Positions 30,124 to 38,806 of a stretch of DNA of 64,000 bases are shown here, piece by piece. Location of the stretch: positions 12,592 to 76,591 of the forward strand of contig CAYRXT010000005.1 in NCBI GenBank assembly GCA_964428315.1, in the 5' to 3' direction. Both the position numbers and the translations under genes were made by a program. The stretch's first letter is position 1, and each line of letters opens with the position of its first letter. This stretch comes from an uncultured Planctomycetales bacterium. GTDB lineage: Bacteria > Omnitrophota > Gorgyraeia > Zapsychrales > CAYRXT01. The notes beneath the pieces were generated by a model. That model was not told where the DNA came from, did no database searches, and was given only the letters and a program-made list of their open reading frames with translations.

Positions 30124-31680
30124 TCAATGCCTGAAATGACGCAAGCCTGTCATGATCATGGCTATCCCGGCCTTGTCGGCTGCCCACACCACTTTGGGAT
30201 CCGCGATGGAACCGCCGGTCTGAAGAATGGTCCTGACGCCCGCCCTGGCCGCCAGTTGAACCGTGTCGGGGTGGGGAAGAAAGGCGTCGGAAACCAGGAT
30301 GGAACCTTTGCTTCTTCTGCCGGCCTTTCCTATGGCAATGCGGGCACTGTCCACGCGGCTCGTCTGGCCGCATCCGATACCGACGGTCTTTTCCCCCTTG
30401 ACCAGGATGACGGCGTTGGATCGCACGAATTTCACGACCTTCCAGCCGAAGACCATGGCCTCCCTGTCTCTCGAAGGCGGCCGGCGCCTTGTGACGGCGC
30501 GCCATTCTTCGGGAGACGGACCTCTGTCGTCTTTGTCCTGTAAAAGCATCCCTCCCGAAACCTTCTTCATGTCAAACGACTTTTCCTTTATCTTGTTCAA
30601 GTCAAGCGCAATCAGACGCAGGGTTTTCTTTTGCTCGAGGATGCGTAAGGCCCCTTTGTCGAAGGCCGGAGCAAGCACGCATTCCATAAAACCGCTTTTC
30701 CGGATCGCCTCCGCGGCGACCTTGTCGACCCTGCGGTTGAGCCCGATGATGCCCCCGAAGGCCGACAATGTGTCGCAGGCGTGGGCCTTTGTAAAGGCGC
30801 CGGCCAGCGAGGCGTCCTGCGCCACACCGGTGGGATTGTTGTGTTTGATTACCGCCGCCGCCGGTTTATCGAAAGCACACACGATCGCGGCGGCGGCATG
30901 CAGGTCCAGGATATTGTTGAAAGACAGCTCTTTGCCGTGTAGCTGCTTCATGTCGGGCATGCCTGAAGGCCTGTCTTCGTCCCGGTAAAAGGCCGCGGCC
31001 TGATGAGGATTTTCGCCGTAACGCAGATCCTGGACCTTGGACAAACGCAGGACCAGATCCCTGGGAAGCGTGGAAAATTCACCCTTGCGGAGTTTCTTGT
31101 CGAGAAACTGCAAGATCGTATTGTCGTACTGCGCCGTCAGGCGGAATACATCCAGGGCCAGGCTCACCAGCACCGTGTCCGAGAGTATCCCGCTGTTGAC
31201 ATCCAGCTCGTCGAGAATCTCTTTGTAGCGCTTGGGCGTGCAGACGGCCGCAACGCTGGTGTAGTTCTTGGCCGCCGAACGGAGCATGGCAGGTCCGCCG
31301 ATATCGATATTCTCGATGGCTTCTTCAAGGGGCAGGTTCTTTTTCTGGATGACGCGCGCGAAGGGATACAGATTGACCACCACCATGTCAATAAGCTTGA
31401 TCCCGCTCTCCTCGACTTGCAGCATGTGCTGCGGCCGGTGTCTGAGCGCCAGAAGGCCGGCGTGGACAGCCGGGTGCAGCGTCTTGATGCGTCCATCGAG
31501 CATCTCAGGAAAACCCGTAAAGTCGGAAACCTCGGTCACCGGGACACCCGCGTTGCGGATAAGCCTTGAGGTGCCGCCGGTGGAGATAATCTCGACCCCG
31601 AAACGGTGCAGGCCGCGGACAAAATCTGCCAGACCAGCCTTGTCCGAAACGCTGATGAGGGCGCGCTTGACTTTAATCAT
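30124..31680 (-). CDS. purH: Bifunctional purine biosynthesis protein PurH (AICAR transformylase / IMP cyclohydrolase)
   Basis: N-terminal MGS-like domain (ALISVSDKAG...STGGT) followed by an AICARFT domain; 518 aa. Confidence 0.95.
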   Translation of the reverse strand: MIKVKRALISVSDKAGLADFVRGLHRFGVEIISTGGTSRLIRNAGVPVTEVSDFTGFPEMLDGRIKTLHPAVHAGLLALRHRPQHMLQVEESGIKLIDMVVVNLYPFARVIQKKNLPLEEAIENIDIGGPAMLRSAAKNYTSVAAVCTPKRYKEILDELDVNSGILSDTVLVSLALDVFRLTAQYDNTILQFLDKKLRKGEFSTLPRDLVLRLSKVQDLRYGENPHQAAAFYRDEDRPSGMPDMKQLHGKELSFNNILDLHAAAAIVCAFDKPAAAVIKHNNPTGVAQDASLAGAFTKAHACDTLSAFGGIIGLNRRVDKVAAEAIRKSGFMECVLAPAFDKGALRILEQKKTLRLIALDLNKIKEKSFDMKKVSGGMLLQDKDDRGPSPEEWRAVTRRRPPSRDREAMVFGWKVVKFVRSNAVILVKGEKTVGIGCGQTSRVDSARIAIGKAGRRSKGSILVSDAFLPHPDTVQLAARAGVRTILQTGGSIADPKVVWAADKAGIAMIMTGLRHFRH

Positions 31681-31689
31681 GGGCTTTCG

Positions 31690-32214
31690 TCATCCCTTGG
31701 CGATAAGGCGGATGATCTCGCGGCAAAAGGCTGGGAGATCTTCCGGCTTCCGTGATGTGATAAGGTTTTGATCGACAACCACCTCGCGGTCGACATATTT
31801 CGCCCCCGCGGCGATAAGATCGTCCTTGATGGCGAAAAAACACGTGGCGGTGTGATCCCGCAGGACACCTGCCGAGACAAGCATCCACCCTCCGTGGCAG
31901 ATCGCGGCGGTCACACGGCCGTCAATGTACAGGCGTTTGACGAAGTTGACCACTTTGTCATATCTGCGCAGGATATCCGGCGCGTAACCTCCGGGGATAA
32001 TCACCCCGTCATAATCGCTAACCTTGGCCTGGGTGATAGATTTGTCGACCCTGCAGGGATAGCCTTCCTTGCTGCCGTAGACTTCCTTGGCGCCCGTCCC
32101 TATGGTTTCGACCCTGATCCCCTCTTCACTGAGCCGCAGGAGCGGATACCAGACTTCCAACACCTGGTAAAGGTCTTCAACGAGAATGGCGACCGTTTTC
32201 TTTCGTTTCGGCAT
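31690..32214 (-). CDS. DJ-1/PfpI-family protein (intracellular protease/amidase-like)
   Basis: Nucleophile elbow AICHGGWMLVSAG. Start trimmed to the ATG at 32214, which has a GGAGG SD. Confidence 0.8.
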   Translation of the reverse strand: MPKRKKTVAILVEDLYQVLEVWYPLLRLSEEGIRVETIGTGAKEVYGSKEGYPCRVDKSITQAKVSDYDGVIIPGGYAPDILRRYDKVVNFVKRLYIDGRVTAAICHGGWMLVSAGVLRDHTATCFFAIKDDLIAAGAKYVDREVVVDQNLITSRKPEDLPAFCREIIRLIAKG

Positions 32215-32371
32215 GGGGGGCCTCCGTCGGGTTGTTCGTTTGAGGTGTGCTGAACAAGGATATTGCCCGGGACTTGGGGCAACGCAGAGAGCGATGTCTC
32301 CGAAAATCGCCTGACACGCCTTCAATCCGTCGCGCCGGCAAAGGGGCGGCCGGGACAAGGCATCTCCGATT

Positions 32372-32530
32372 TTAGCGTCTCTTTCCTTTCTTGCGGCGGC
32401 GTTCTGAAGGCTTCGAGTAATAGCGTTTTTCTTTTATCAGCATGAGAAAGCCGTCCTTCTGGCACTGCTTCTTAAAGATGCGCAGGGCCTTCTCAAAACT
32501 TGTTTTGTCGTTTACTTTCACTTCCACCAT
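32372..32530 (-). CDS. rpsU: 30S ribosomal protein S21
   Basis: MVEVKVNDKTSFEKALRIFKKQCQKDGFLMLIKEKRYYSKPSERRRKKGKRR matches the S21 consensus; AAGGAAGGAAG SD upstream. Confidence 0.9.
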   Translation of the reverse strand: MVEVKVNDKTSFEKALRIFKKQCQKDGFLMLIKEKRYYSKPSERRRKKGKRR

Positions 32531-32635
32531 GACAGATATCACTTCCTTCCTTATCAACCGGGGTTGTATTCTTGGAAAGCCTATTATAAGCGATTTTCTT
32601 TTCTTGTAAACTTTTTTCCTTGGCGCGAACCGTCC

Positions 32636-32938
32636 TCAGACGGCGCCGGGGCCCTCTTCCCCTGTCCGGATCTTAAACAAATTGTCCATCTGGAGGACCG
32701 CGATCTTCCCGTCACCGGTCACGCCTGTCCGGGCGGCGCGCGCGATCATCTCAACGGTCTTCTCCACCTGGAATTCGTCGACATAAATCTCGACCTTAAC
32801 CTTGTCCTGCAGGCCGTTTCGGTGGTGGCCGAACCCGCGCGCCTCAGTGACCGTGATCCCGCCGATACCGGAACGCTCCAGCTCTCTAAAGACCTCTTCG
32901 GACCTCTCTTTGCGGACAATGGCCTCGATTTTTTTCAT
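32636..32938 (-). CDS. P-II (GlnB-like) family signal-transduction protein with shortened T-loop
   Basis: MKKIEAIVR...GIGGITVTEARGFG...TGVTGDGKIAVLQMDNLFKIRTGEEG aligns to GlnB/GlnK, but the T-loop region is ~10 aa shorter and lacks the uridylylated Tyr. Confidence 0.75.
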   Translation of the reverse strand: MKKIEAIVRKERSEEVFRELERSGIGGITVTEARGFGHHRNGLQDKVKVEIYVDEFQVEKTVEMIARAARTGVTGDGKIAVLQMDNLFKIRTGEEGPGAV

Positions 32939-33068
32939 CGGATAACTCCCATCCTGCCCTACGGCGACAACAACCTCTCGCCTCAGCCGGAAGGACAGGC
33001 TATATTAGCATAGGCCATCACCCCCGTCAATTTCATTCACGGGAAGGGACGGGAAAAGACCGGGGCGA

Positions 33069-34262
33069 TTATTCGGGATCGATGTAGGTGTAGGTATTGC
33101 CGGCGTAATTTCTCAGGACAAGCCGGCCTTGTTCCTTTGATACGACGTAATCCGGGCCGATGGGGATCTTGCCCCCGCCTCCGGGGCCGTCGATGACATA
33201 AGTGGGGACAGCGTAACCCGTGGTATGGCCGCGCAGTTTTTCCATGACATTGATCCCGGCCGCGACGGACGTGCGGAAATGACGGGATCCCGATATCGGG
33301 TCGCACTGGTAAATGTAATACGGCCTGACCCGGATCTTCAGGAGCTCATGCATCAGTTTTTTCATGACGGCGGGCTTGTCGTTGATCCCCTTCAGGAGGA
33401 CCGTCTGGCTGCCCATGGGTATGCCGTGATCGGCGATCAGATCGCAGGCGAATTTGACGCGCTTGGTGATCTCCTTGGGATGGTTAAAATGAATGCTCAT
33501 CCAGACGGGGCCGTTTCTCCGCAGGAGCCTGACGAGGTCTTCGGTGATGCGCTGAGGCAGCGTCACGGGGACCCGGGTTCCGATACGGATGAATTCGACA
33601 TGGGGAATGGCCTTGATATTCCTGAGGATATCTTCGAGCATGTGGTCGCTCAGGGTCAAAGGATCCCCTCCTGATATCAGGACATCGCGGATCTTCTTGT
33701 TGGAACGGATGTAGTCATAGGCGGCCTCATAGGTGGACGGCCTCAGCGTCCTTCGCCCTTCGCCGACCATGCGCGAACGCGTGCAGTACCGGCAGTACAT
33801 GGCGCACATCTCGTTGACCAGAAAAAGGACGCGGTCGGGATACCGATGGACGAGCCCGTGCACGGGAGAATCCTTTTCTTCCCCGCAGGGGTCATCGAGC
33901 TCCTCGGGTGAACGCACCAGTTCATCCGCCTGTGGGATGCACTGCTTGCGAACCGGACAGTTCGGATCTTCGGTGTCCATAAGACTGGCGAAATACGGCG
34001 GGATCGACATAGTCAGCTTTTTGCCGCACCCCTCCACACCCTTCTCCTCCTCGGGGGTCAGCGTGACGAGCCTGGCCAGGATATCTTTTGTGCGGATACG
34101 GTTACGCAGCTGCCAGCGCCAGTCCTCCCAGTCCATGGGCGTCGCGTCCTTATAAAAATTGATGACCCGGTGCTCCTTGGACGTCAGGTGGATTGCCGGC
34201 TGGACCTGCTGTTCAGGCGCGATGTCTACGCCGGTTTTTACCAGATTTTCCGATGGATTCAT
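33069..34262 (-). CDS. kamA: Lysine 2,3-aminomutase (KamA family radical SAM)
   Basis: CAMYCRYCTRS (CxxxCxxC), PLP-binding region, 397 aa (KamA length rather than EpmB/YjeK). Confidence 0.85.
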   Translation of the reverse strand: MNPSENLVKTGVDIAPEQQVQPAIHLTSKEHRVINFYKDATPMDWEDWRWQLRNRIRTKDILARLVTLTPEEEKGVEGCGKKLTMSIPPYFASLMDTEDPNCPVRKQCIPQADELVRSPEELDDPCGEEKDSPVHGLVHRYPDRVLFLVNEMCAMYCRYCTRSRMVGEGRRTLRPSTYEAAYDYIRSNKKIRDVLISGGDPLTLSDHMLEDILRNIKAIPHVEFIRIGTRVPVTLPQRITEDLVRLLRRNGPVWMSIHFNHPKEITKRVKFACDLIADHGIPMGSQTVLLKGINDKPAVMKKLMHELLKIRVRPYYIYQCDPISGSRHFRTSVAAGINVMEKLRGHTTGYAVPTYVIDGPGGGGKIPIGPDYVVSKEQGRLVLRNYAGNTYTYIDPE

Positions 34263-35284
34263 TGGCCTTTCTCCTTTTGCTGACCGTTGTGCAAACCGTT
34301 GCGCTCAAGTCCGCAATGAATAATCCGGTGGATCATCTGTTCATAGGTCTGCCCCATGCAGCGGGGAATGTAGCTGAAAACATCTTCGAGGGCCAGGCAC
34401 GGCAGGGGGTTGATCTCCAGGACATAGGGCCGCCCATCCTCGTCGACCCGGAAATCCACCCGGCCGAAGTCACGGCACTCCACGCTGCGGTAGACCCTGA
34501 GTGCCAGTTCCTGCAGTCTCCGGGCCATATCGTCCGGGATCCCGGCCGGACAGACATAACGAAGGTTATCCGATGAAATCCTCTCAAACGTATAAAAATC
34601 GTCGCCCAGGTCAGTCTTCCCGTCGATCTGCACCTGCACAACGGGAAGGGCCTCGGGCGGCTCGTTGCCCACCACCGCAACCGTGAACTCCGTTCCGCGG
34701 ATGAACTCCTCGACCAGGGCGGACTGCTTATAGACGCGGGTGATCAGCTCGACCTGCCGGAGGAGTTCTTCGTGGTTCGTTACCCGGGAACGCGCGGACA
34801 ATCCTTTGGACGAACCTTCGGCACGGCATTTCACGATCAGGGGAAATCCAATCGTGTTCAGGTCTTCCAGCCCCCTCGTGCTTCCCGCTTCAAAAAAACG
34901 GGGCGTCGGAATGCCTTCGGCCAAAAAAAACTTTTTGGCCATCACTTTATCCAGGGTGATCCCCAGGGTCAAGGCGTCGGATCCTATGTACGGGATGCCG
35001 CGCATTTCCAGGATCAGCGGCACCTGGGATTCCCGGTTGCGCCCCCCGGCACCCTCGGCGAGGTTAAAGACAATATCCACGTCCAGCCCGTCGATCTGCT
35101 GGATCAGGTTCTTCACGTTCCCTATGCGTTTGACGAGAAAACCGTTGGTTTCAATGGCGGCGGCGAGGTCATCGATGACTCTAGGCGGGTCGAATTCGGC
35201 GTTGATGTCGCAGGGATCGCCCGGACGGGGATTCCAGTCGGTCTTAAGATCGTATGTCAGGCCAATGATTCTCTTTCTTTCCAT
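34259..35284 (-). CDS. ATP-grasp ligase, D-alanine--D-alanine ligase (Ddl)-like
   Basis: Ddl-like N domain (RIIGLTYDL...), central ATP-grasp (FPLIVKCRAEGSSKG...EEFIRGTEFTVAVV) and C-terminal Mg/ATP site (DFGRVDFRVDEDGRPYVLEINPLP). ATGA overlap with kamA. Confidence 0.8.
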   Translation of the reverse strand: MERKRIIGLTYDLKTDWNPRPGDPCDINAEFDPPRVIDDLAAAIETNGFLVKRIGNVKNLIQQIDGLDVDIVFNLAEGAGGRNRESQVPLILEMRGIPYIGSDALTLGITLDKVMAKKFFLAEGIPTPRFFEAGSTRGLEDLNTIGFPLIVKCRAEGSSKGLSARSRVTNHEELLRQVELITRVYKQSALVEEFIRGTEFTVAVVGNEPPEALPVVQVQIDGKTDLGDDFYTFERISSDNLRYVCPAGIPDDMARRLQELALRVYRSVECRDFGRVDFRVDEDGRPYVLEINPLPCLALEDVFSYIPRCMGQTYEQMIHRIIHCGLERNGLHNGQQKEKGQ

Positions 35285-35297
35285 GGACAAAAAAACA

Positions 35298-35320
35298 GGA
35301 ACCTCTCTTTCAGCGGTTCC
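35298..35320 (-). promoter_or_regulatory. Leader hairpin plus U7 tract immediately 5' of the ATP-grasp/kamA start codon
   Basis: Minus-strand RNA reads GGAACC-GCUGAAAGAGA-GGUUCC-UGUUUUUUUGUCC-AUG. The stem-loop and U-tract occupy the position where an SD would be. Confidence 0.45.
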
Positions 35321-35524
35321 CGGATATAGATAGACCTTTCAATAGAAACGTCCCCACTTGTTTAAACAGCCTTAATAAAAGCCTTCGCCGAACCAGGCTC
35401 GTATCTTTTCTGTCTCATCTTCCGTCGACATAGTCATCACCAAATCGTAAATTTTCACAATTTTTTTATCATATACCTTTCGGGTTGTCAAGACATTACG
35501 GAACTAATCTTTCCGCGCGTATTC

Positions 35525-36781
35525 TCACATCTTCGCCGGAAAGAACGCCATGAAGGCCACCATCATCATTGTCAGGCCGATGACGGCAACGACAGTGAAC
35601 CACGCGATGAAATTAAATAGCCGGCTGTTGACGTATTCCCCCATGATCTCCCTGTTATTGATCAGCCAAAGCATGATAATGAGGATAAACGGCAGCAGGA
35701 TGCCGTTGCCGACCTGAGAGAGGAACATGATCTCGAGGAGCGGGAAACGCGGGATCAAAACGACGCCGGCCCCTATGACGATGATCGCCGTGTAAAGCCC
35801 GAAAAACTGCGGGGCCTCTTCAAAGCGCCTGTCGACGCCCGCGTCCCATCCCATCCCCTCGCATATGCTGTAGGCCGTCGACAAGGGAAGCACGGAGGCC
35901 GCGAAGATCGAGGCGTTAAACAGGCCGAAGGCAAAAAGGAGGCTGGCGTAATTGCCCGCGAGGGGCCTGAGGGCGATGGCCGCGTCCTTGGCCGTCTGGA
36001 TATCGACGCCGGCCTTGAACATCGTAGCGGCGCAAGCCACGACGATAAAAAAAGCCACCGCCGGGGCCAGGATGCATCCCCCGACCACATCCAGCCGGAC
36101 ATGTCTGTATTCCTCGAGGCTCACGCCCTTTTCCACGATGGAGGACTGCAGATAAAATTGCATCCACGGGGCAATGGTCGTGCCAACCAGACCGACGAGC
36201 ATGACCGAATAATCCAGGTTCCACCGGAACCGGGGATGGATCGTGGCCTCGAGCACCCGGGGCCAGTCGGGACCGGCCAGAAAACCCGAAACCACATAAG
36301 CGACATAAAAAAAACACGCCCATAAAAATATCTTTTCCACGGACTTATAGGTGCCCTTGACGACCAGGGTCCAGACGGCCAGCGCCGCCGCCGGCACCGC
36401 AAACCACTTGCTGACAAAGAAGATCTCCATGGCCGCGGCCACGCCGGCGAACTCGGCCATGGTATTGAGGAGGTTGATGACAAGCAGCGCGACCATCAGA
36501 TAGAAGGTCACCTTGACGCCGAAATTCTCCCGGATCAGGTCCGCCAGGCCTTTGCCGGTCGCCACGGCCATGCGCGCGCACATTTCCTGAACGACGATAA
36601 GGGATAACGTAATAGGAATCAGCGACCACAGAAGGGCGTACCCGAAACGCGCCCCGGCCAGGGAATAGGTGGCAATGCCACCGGCATCGTTATCGACGTT
36701 GGCCGTAATAATTCCCGGCCCCATGACGGCCAGGAACAGGAGCATGTTGCGCACGAGCCGGATGTCGCGGAAATTTTTCAT
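35525..36781 (-). CDS. mntH: NRAMP-family divalent metal (Mn2+/Fe2+) transporter
   Basis: 11-12 TM helices with Nramp consensus regions (DPGNIATYS-like NVDNDAGGIATYS, MPH-like region); 418 aa. Confidence 0.9.
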   Translation of the reverse strand: MKNFRDIRLVRNMLLFLAVMGPGIITANVDNDAGGIATYSLAGARFGYALLWSLIPITLSLIVVQEMCARMAVATGKGLADLIRENFGVKVTFYLMVALLVINLLNTMAEFAGVAAAMEIFFVSKWFAVPAAALAVWTLVVKGTYKSVEKIFLWACFFYVAYVVSGFLAGPDWPRVLEATIHPRFRWNLDYSVMLVGLVGTTIAPWMQFYLQSSIVEKGVSLEEYRHVRLDVVGGCILAPAVAFFIVVACAATMFKAGVDIQTAKDAAIALRPLAGNYASLLFAFGLFNASIFAASVLPLSTAYSICEGMGWDAGVDRRFEEAPQFFGLYTAIIVIGAGVVLIPRFPLLEIMFLSQVGNGILLPFILIIMLWLINNREIMGEYVNSRLFNFIAWFTVVAVIGLTMMMVAFMAFFPAKM

Positions 36782-36782
36782 C

Positions 36783-38084
36783 TTAAAGTCTCTCTTTATA
36801 TTTGCTCCACGCCAGGGAGATCAGCTCCTCCATGACATCGTCGATGGTCACCACGCCCTGCAGCACGTCATCCTCATCCAGGACGGGAATTGAAGAGAAT
36901 TTGTAGCGCTCGAGCAGCAGGGCGATCTCTTCCATCCCGTCGTCGGTGCGCACGAATATCTTCTTGGGAAAACATGTCCTGACGATCGGCGTCCGGGGGT
37001 CGGCATCGATAAAACGCCGGATCGAGGTCGACCCGAGAAGGTGATCATTTTCGTCGACGATATAGACATGGTAGACATTCCCTGGAAAGTTGACGTGTTC
37101 TTTGATCAACTGGATCGCGTCGGCGACCAGGGCGTCTTTCGGCAATGAAAGGTATTCGGTCGCCATCAACCCGCCGGCGGAATCCTGCGAGAAGCCGAGC
37201 AATTTGCGCAGCCGCTTGGACGTCTTGGTCTCCATGGATTTCATCAGCTGGCGTGTCTTCTCCTTGGGCAGGCGCAGGAGCAGGTCGGCGGCCTCGTCGG
37301 AAGGGATGTTTTCCAAAAGATGGCTCGCCTCCTTAAGCGTCATCCGGTCCAGGACCTCTTCCTGTTCCGCCGTGGAGAGGTCGGCGAAAACCTTCTTCTG
37401 GAGCTCGAAATCAAAGGCCTTGAAAAGCGAGTATTTCTCAAAGACGTCGAGGTCCTCCATGATTTCGGCGAGCTTGGTCGGCGGGATCTGCGAAAGTTTC
37501 TGCCGGGAGACATCCAGCCTCAAGACATTGCGCGAGCGTCCCAGGGTCAGGACCTGCGTATTTTTCCAGGGGATAAATTCCTCGCTCCTTAAATACGGCG
37601 AGTCCGGGACATAAAAACGCAGAACGGCGTCGATAAACCCGTCCCATTCCAGGCGCCGGACCAGGGCGCGCAGCCCGACATCCACATGGGCGAGGTAGAG
37701 CTGGTTATCGACCTTGAGAAGATGGATATCGTTGACCCTCACGACCTTCTGGTTGTCCGTGTCGACCACCTGCTGGTCAAGGACGTCGCGGCACAAAGAA
37801 AATTCCAGACGGGGTGCCGCCCTGACGAACTCGAGCTCCTCCTGCCCGGCGCTTATGCCGATGTCATCCTCAATCCGCTCGACCCGGGACCAGTCAAGAT
37901 GCGCGTAGACCCGGCCGATGCCCCCCCGGCGGATGACAAGCTTGGTCGCGCGCGGATGCACCTCGTCGCCGATGCGCATGATGATGTCGTGCAGACGGCC
38001 CACGGTCCTTCCCTGCGCGTCCAGGACTGGCCTGTTGAGAATCTCCGAAAAGAACACAAAGAGTGTGGAATGGGTTGTCTTCAT
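36783..38084 (-). CDS. Cytoplasmic PRC-barrel x2 + MgtE N-domain + CBS-pair protein (MgtE regulatory half without pore)
   Basis: MgtE_N helical bundle (SQIPPTKLAEIMEDLDVFEKYSLF...LENIPSDEAADLLLRL) and CBS pair (GGLMATEYLSL...IPVLDEDDVLQGVVTIDDVMEEL). No transmembrane segment. Stop is 2 nt before the NRAMP start. Confidence 0.8.
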   Translation of the reverse strand: MKTTHSTLFVFFSEILNRPVLDAQGRTVGRLHDIIMRIGDEVHPRATKLVIRRGGIGRVYAHLDWSRVERIEDDIGISAGQEELEFVRAAPRLEFSLCRDVLDQQVVDTDNQKVVRVNDIHLLKVDNQLYLAHVDVGLRALVRRLEWDGFIDAVLRFYVPDSPYLRSEEFIPWKNTQVLTLGRSRNVLRLDVSRQKLSQIPPTKLAEIMEDLDVFEKYSLFKAFDFELQKKVFADLSTAEQEEVLDRMTLKEASHLLENIPSDEAADLLLRLPKEKTRQLMKSMETKTSKRLRKLLGFSQDSAGGLMATEYLSLPKDALVADAIQLIKEHVNFPGNVYHVYIVDENDHLLGSTSIRRFIDADPRTPIVRTCFPKKIFVRTDDGMEEIALLLERYKFSSIPVLDEDDVLQGVVTIDDVMEELISLAWSKYKERL

Positions 38085-38097
38085 GACAATGTTCCCC

Positions 38098-38760
38098 TTA
38101 ACGGGACAAGCTCACACCCCGCCTTTCGCAATAAGGCCGGATCCGGCAGCGCGAACAAAACGGGGAAACCGGTTTGCACACATTTTGTCCCCAAAGCACG
38201 AGCAAGTAATTATAGGCCATCCAGTACCGTTTGGGCAATTTTTTTCGCAGGGCCGTCTCGGTCTCGTCGGGGCTCCGCGTGCTGACAAGACCCAGCCTGT
38301 TGGAAATCCGGTGGACATGCGTATCCACGCAGATCCCCGGCTTGCCGAAACCCTCAATGAGGACAAGATTCGCCGTCTTGCGTCCGACACCCGGCAGTGA
38401 GAGAAGCGTCTCCAGATTGTCCGGGACCCGCCCGCCGAAATCGCGCAGAATCCCGCGGCAGACGGCGTGGATGGTCCGGGCCTTGTTCCGGTAAAATCCG
38501 ACGGGATAGATCGCCTTTTCTATGCGCCTTCGGGGCAGCTTCAGCATCTGCGCCGGATGACCGGCCAGCCGGAATAACCTCTCCGAAGCGGGAAGCGTCG
38601 TCTCATCCTTAGTGCGCAGGCTCAGCAAACAGGATATTAGGACCAGAAACGGATCCTTCCACCGCTTGCCGACCATGGTCACGGCCGGGTCCCGCAGGCC
38701 CTTGATTTCGGCCTTCAAAAGGCGGACGACTGTCCCGATATCTTTTCTCGAATTGGCCAT
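38098..38760 (-). CDS. nth: Endonuclease III (DNA glycosylase/AP lyase)
   Basis: HhH-GPD (LLSLPGVGRKTANLVL) and C-terminal 4Fe-4S cluster CxxxxxxCxxCxxxxxC (CKPVSPFCSRCRIRPYC). Start trimmed to the ATG at 38760. Confidence 0.9.
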   Translation of the reverse strand: MANSRKDIGTVVRLLKAEIKGLRDPAVTMVGKRWKDPFLVLISCLLSLRTKDETTLPASERLFRLAGHPAQMLKLPRRRIEKAIYPVGFYRNKARTIHAVCRGILRDFGGRVPDNLETLLSLPGVGRKTANLVLIEGFGKPGICVDTHVHRISNRLGLVSTRSPDETETALRKKLPKRYWMAYNYLLVLWGQNVCKPVSPFCSRCRIRPYCERRGVSLSR

Positions 38761-38806
38761 CGGTCTGTTCTTGACAACGATTATTCTACTGAAAGGAAAG
38801 CGGCGC

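Noticed and set aside
32215-32371. Weak hairpin CCGGC-N10-GCCGG downstream of rpsU
   Set aside because: 5-bp stem with a long loop and no U-tract; not credible as an intrinsic terminator.
35285-35524. Possible lysine riboswitch (L-box) in the kamA operon leader
   Set aside because: The conserved L-box elements (AGAGGCGC, GGUGCUAA-like loop, CUGUCA) are not visible. Only the terminal hairpin plus U-tract is reported.
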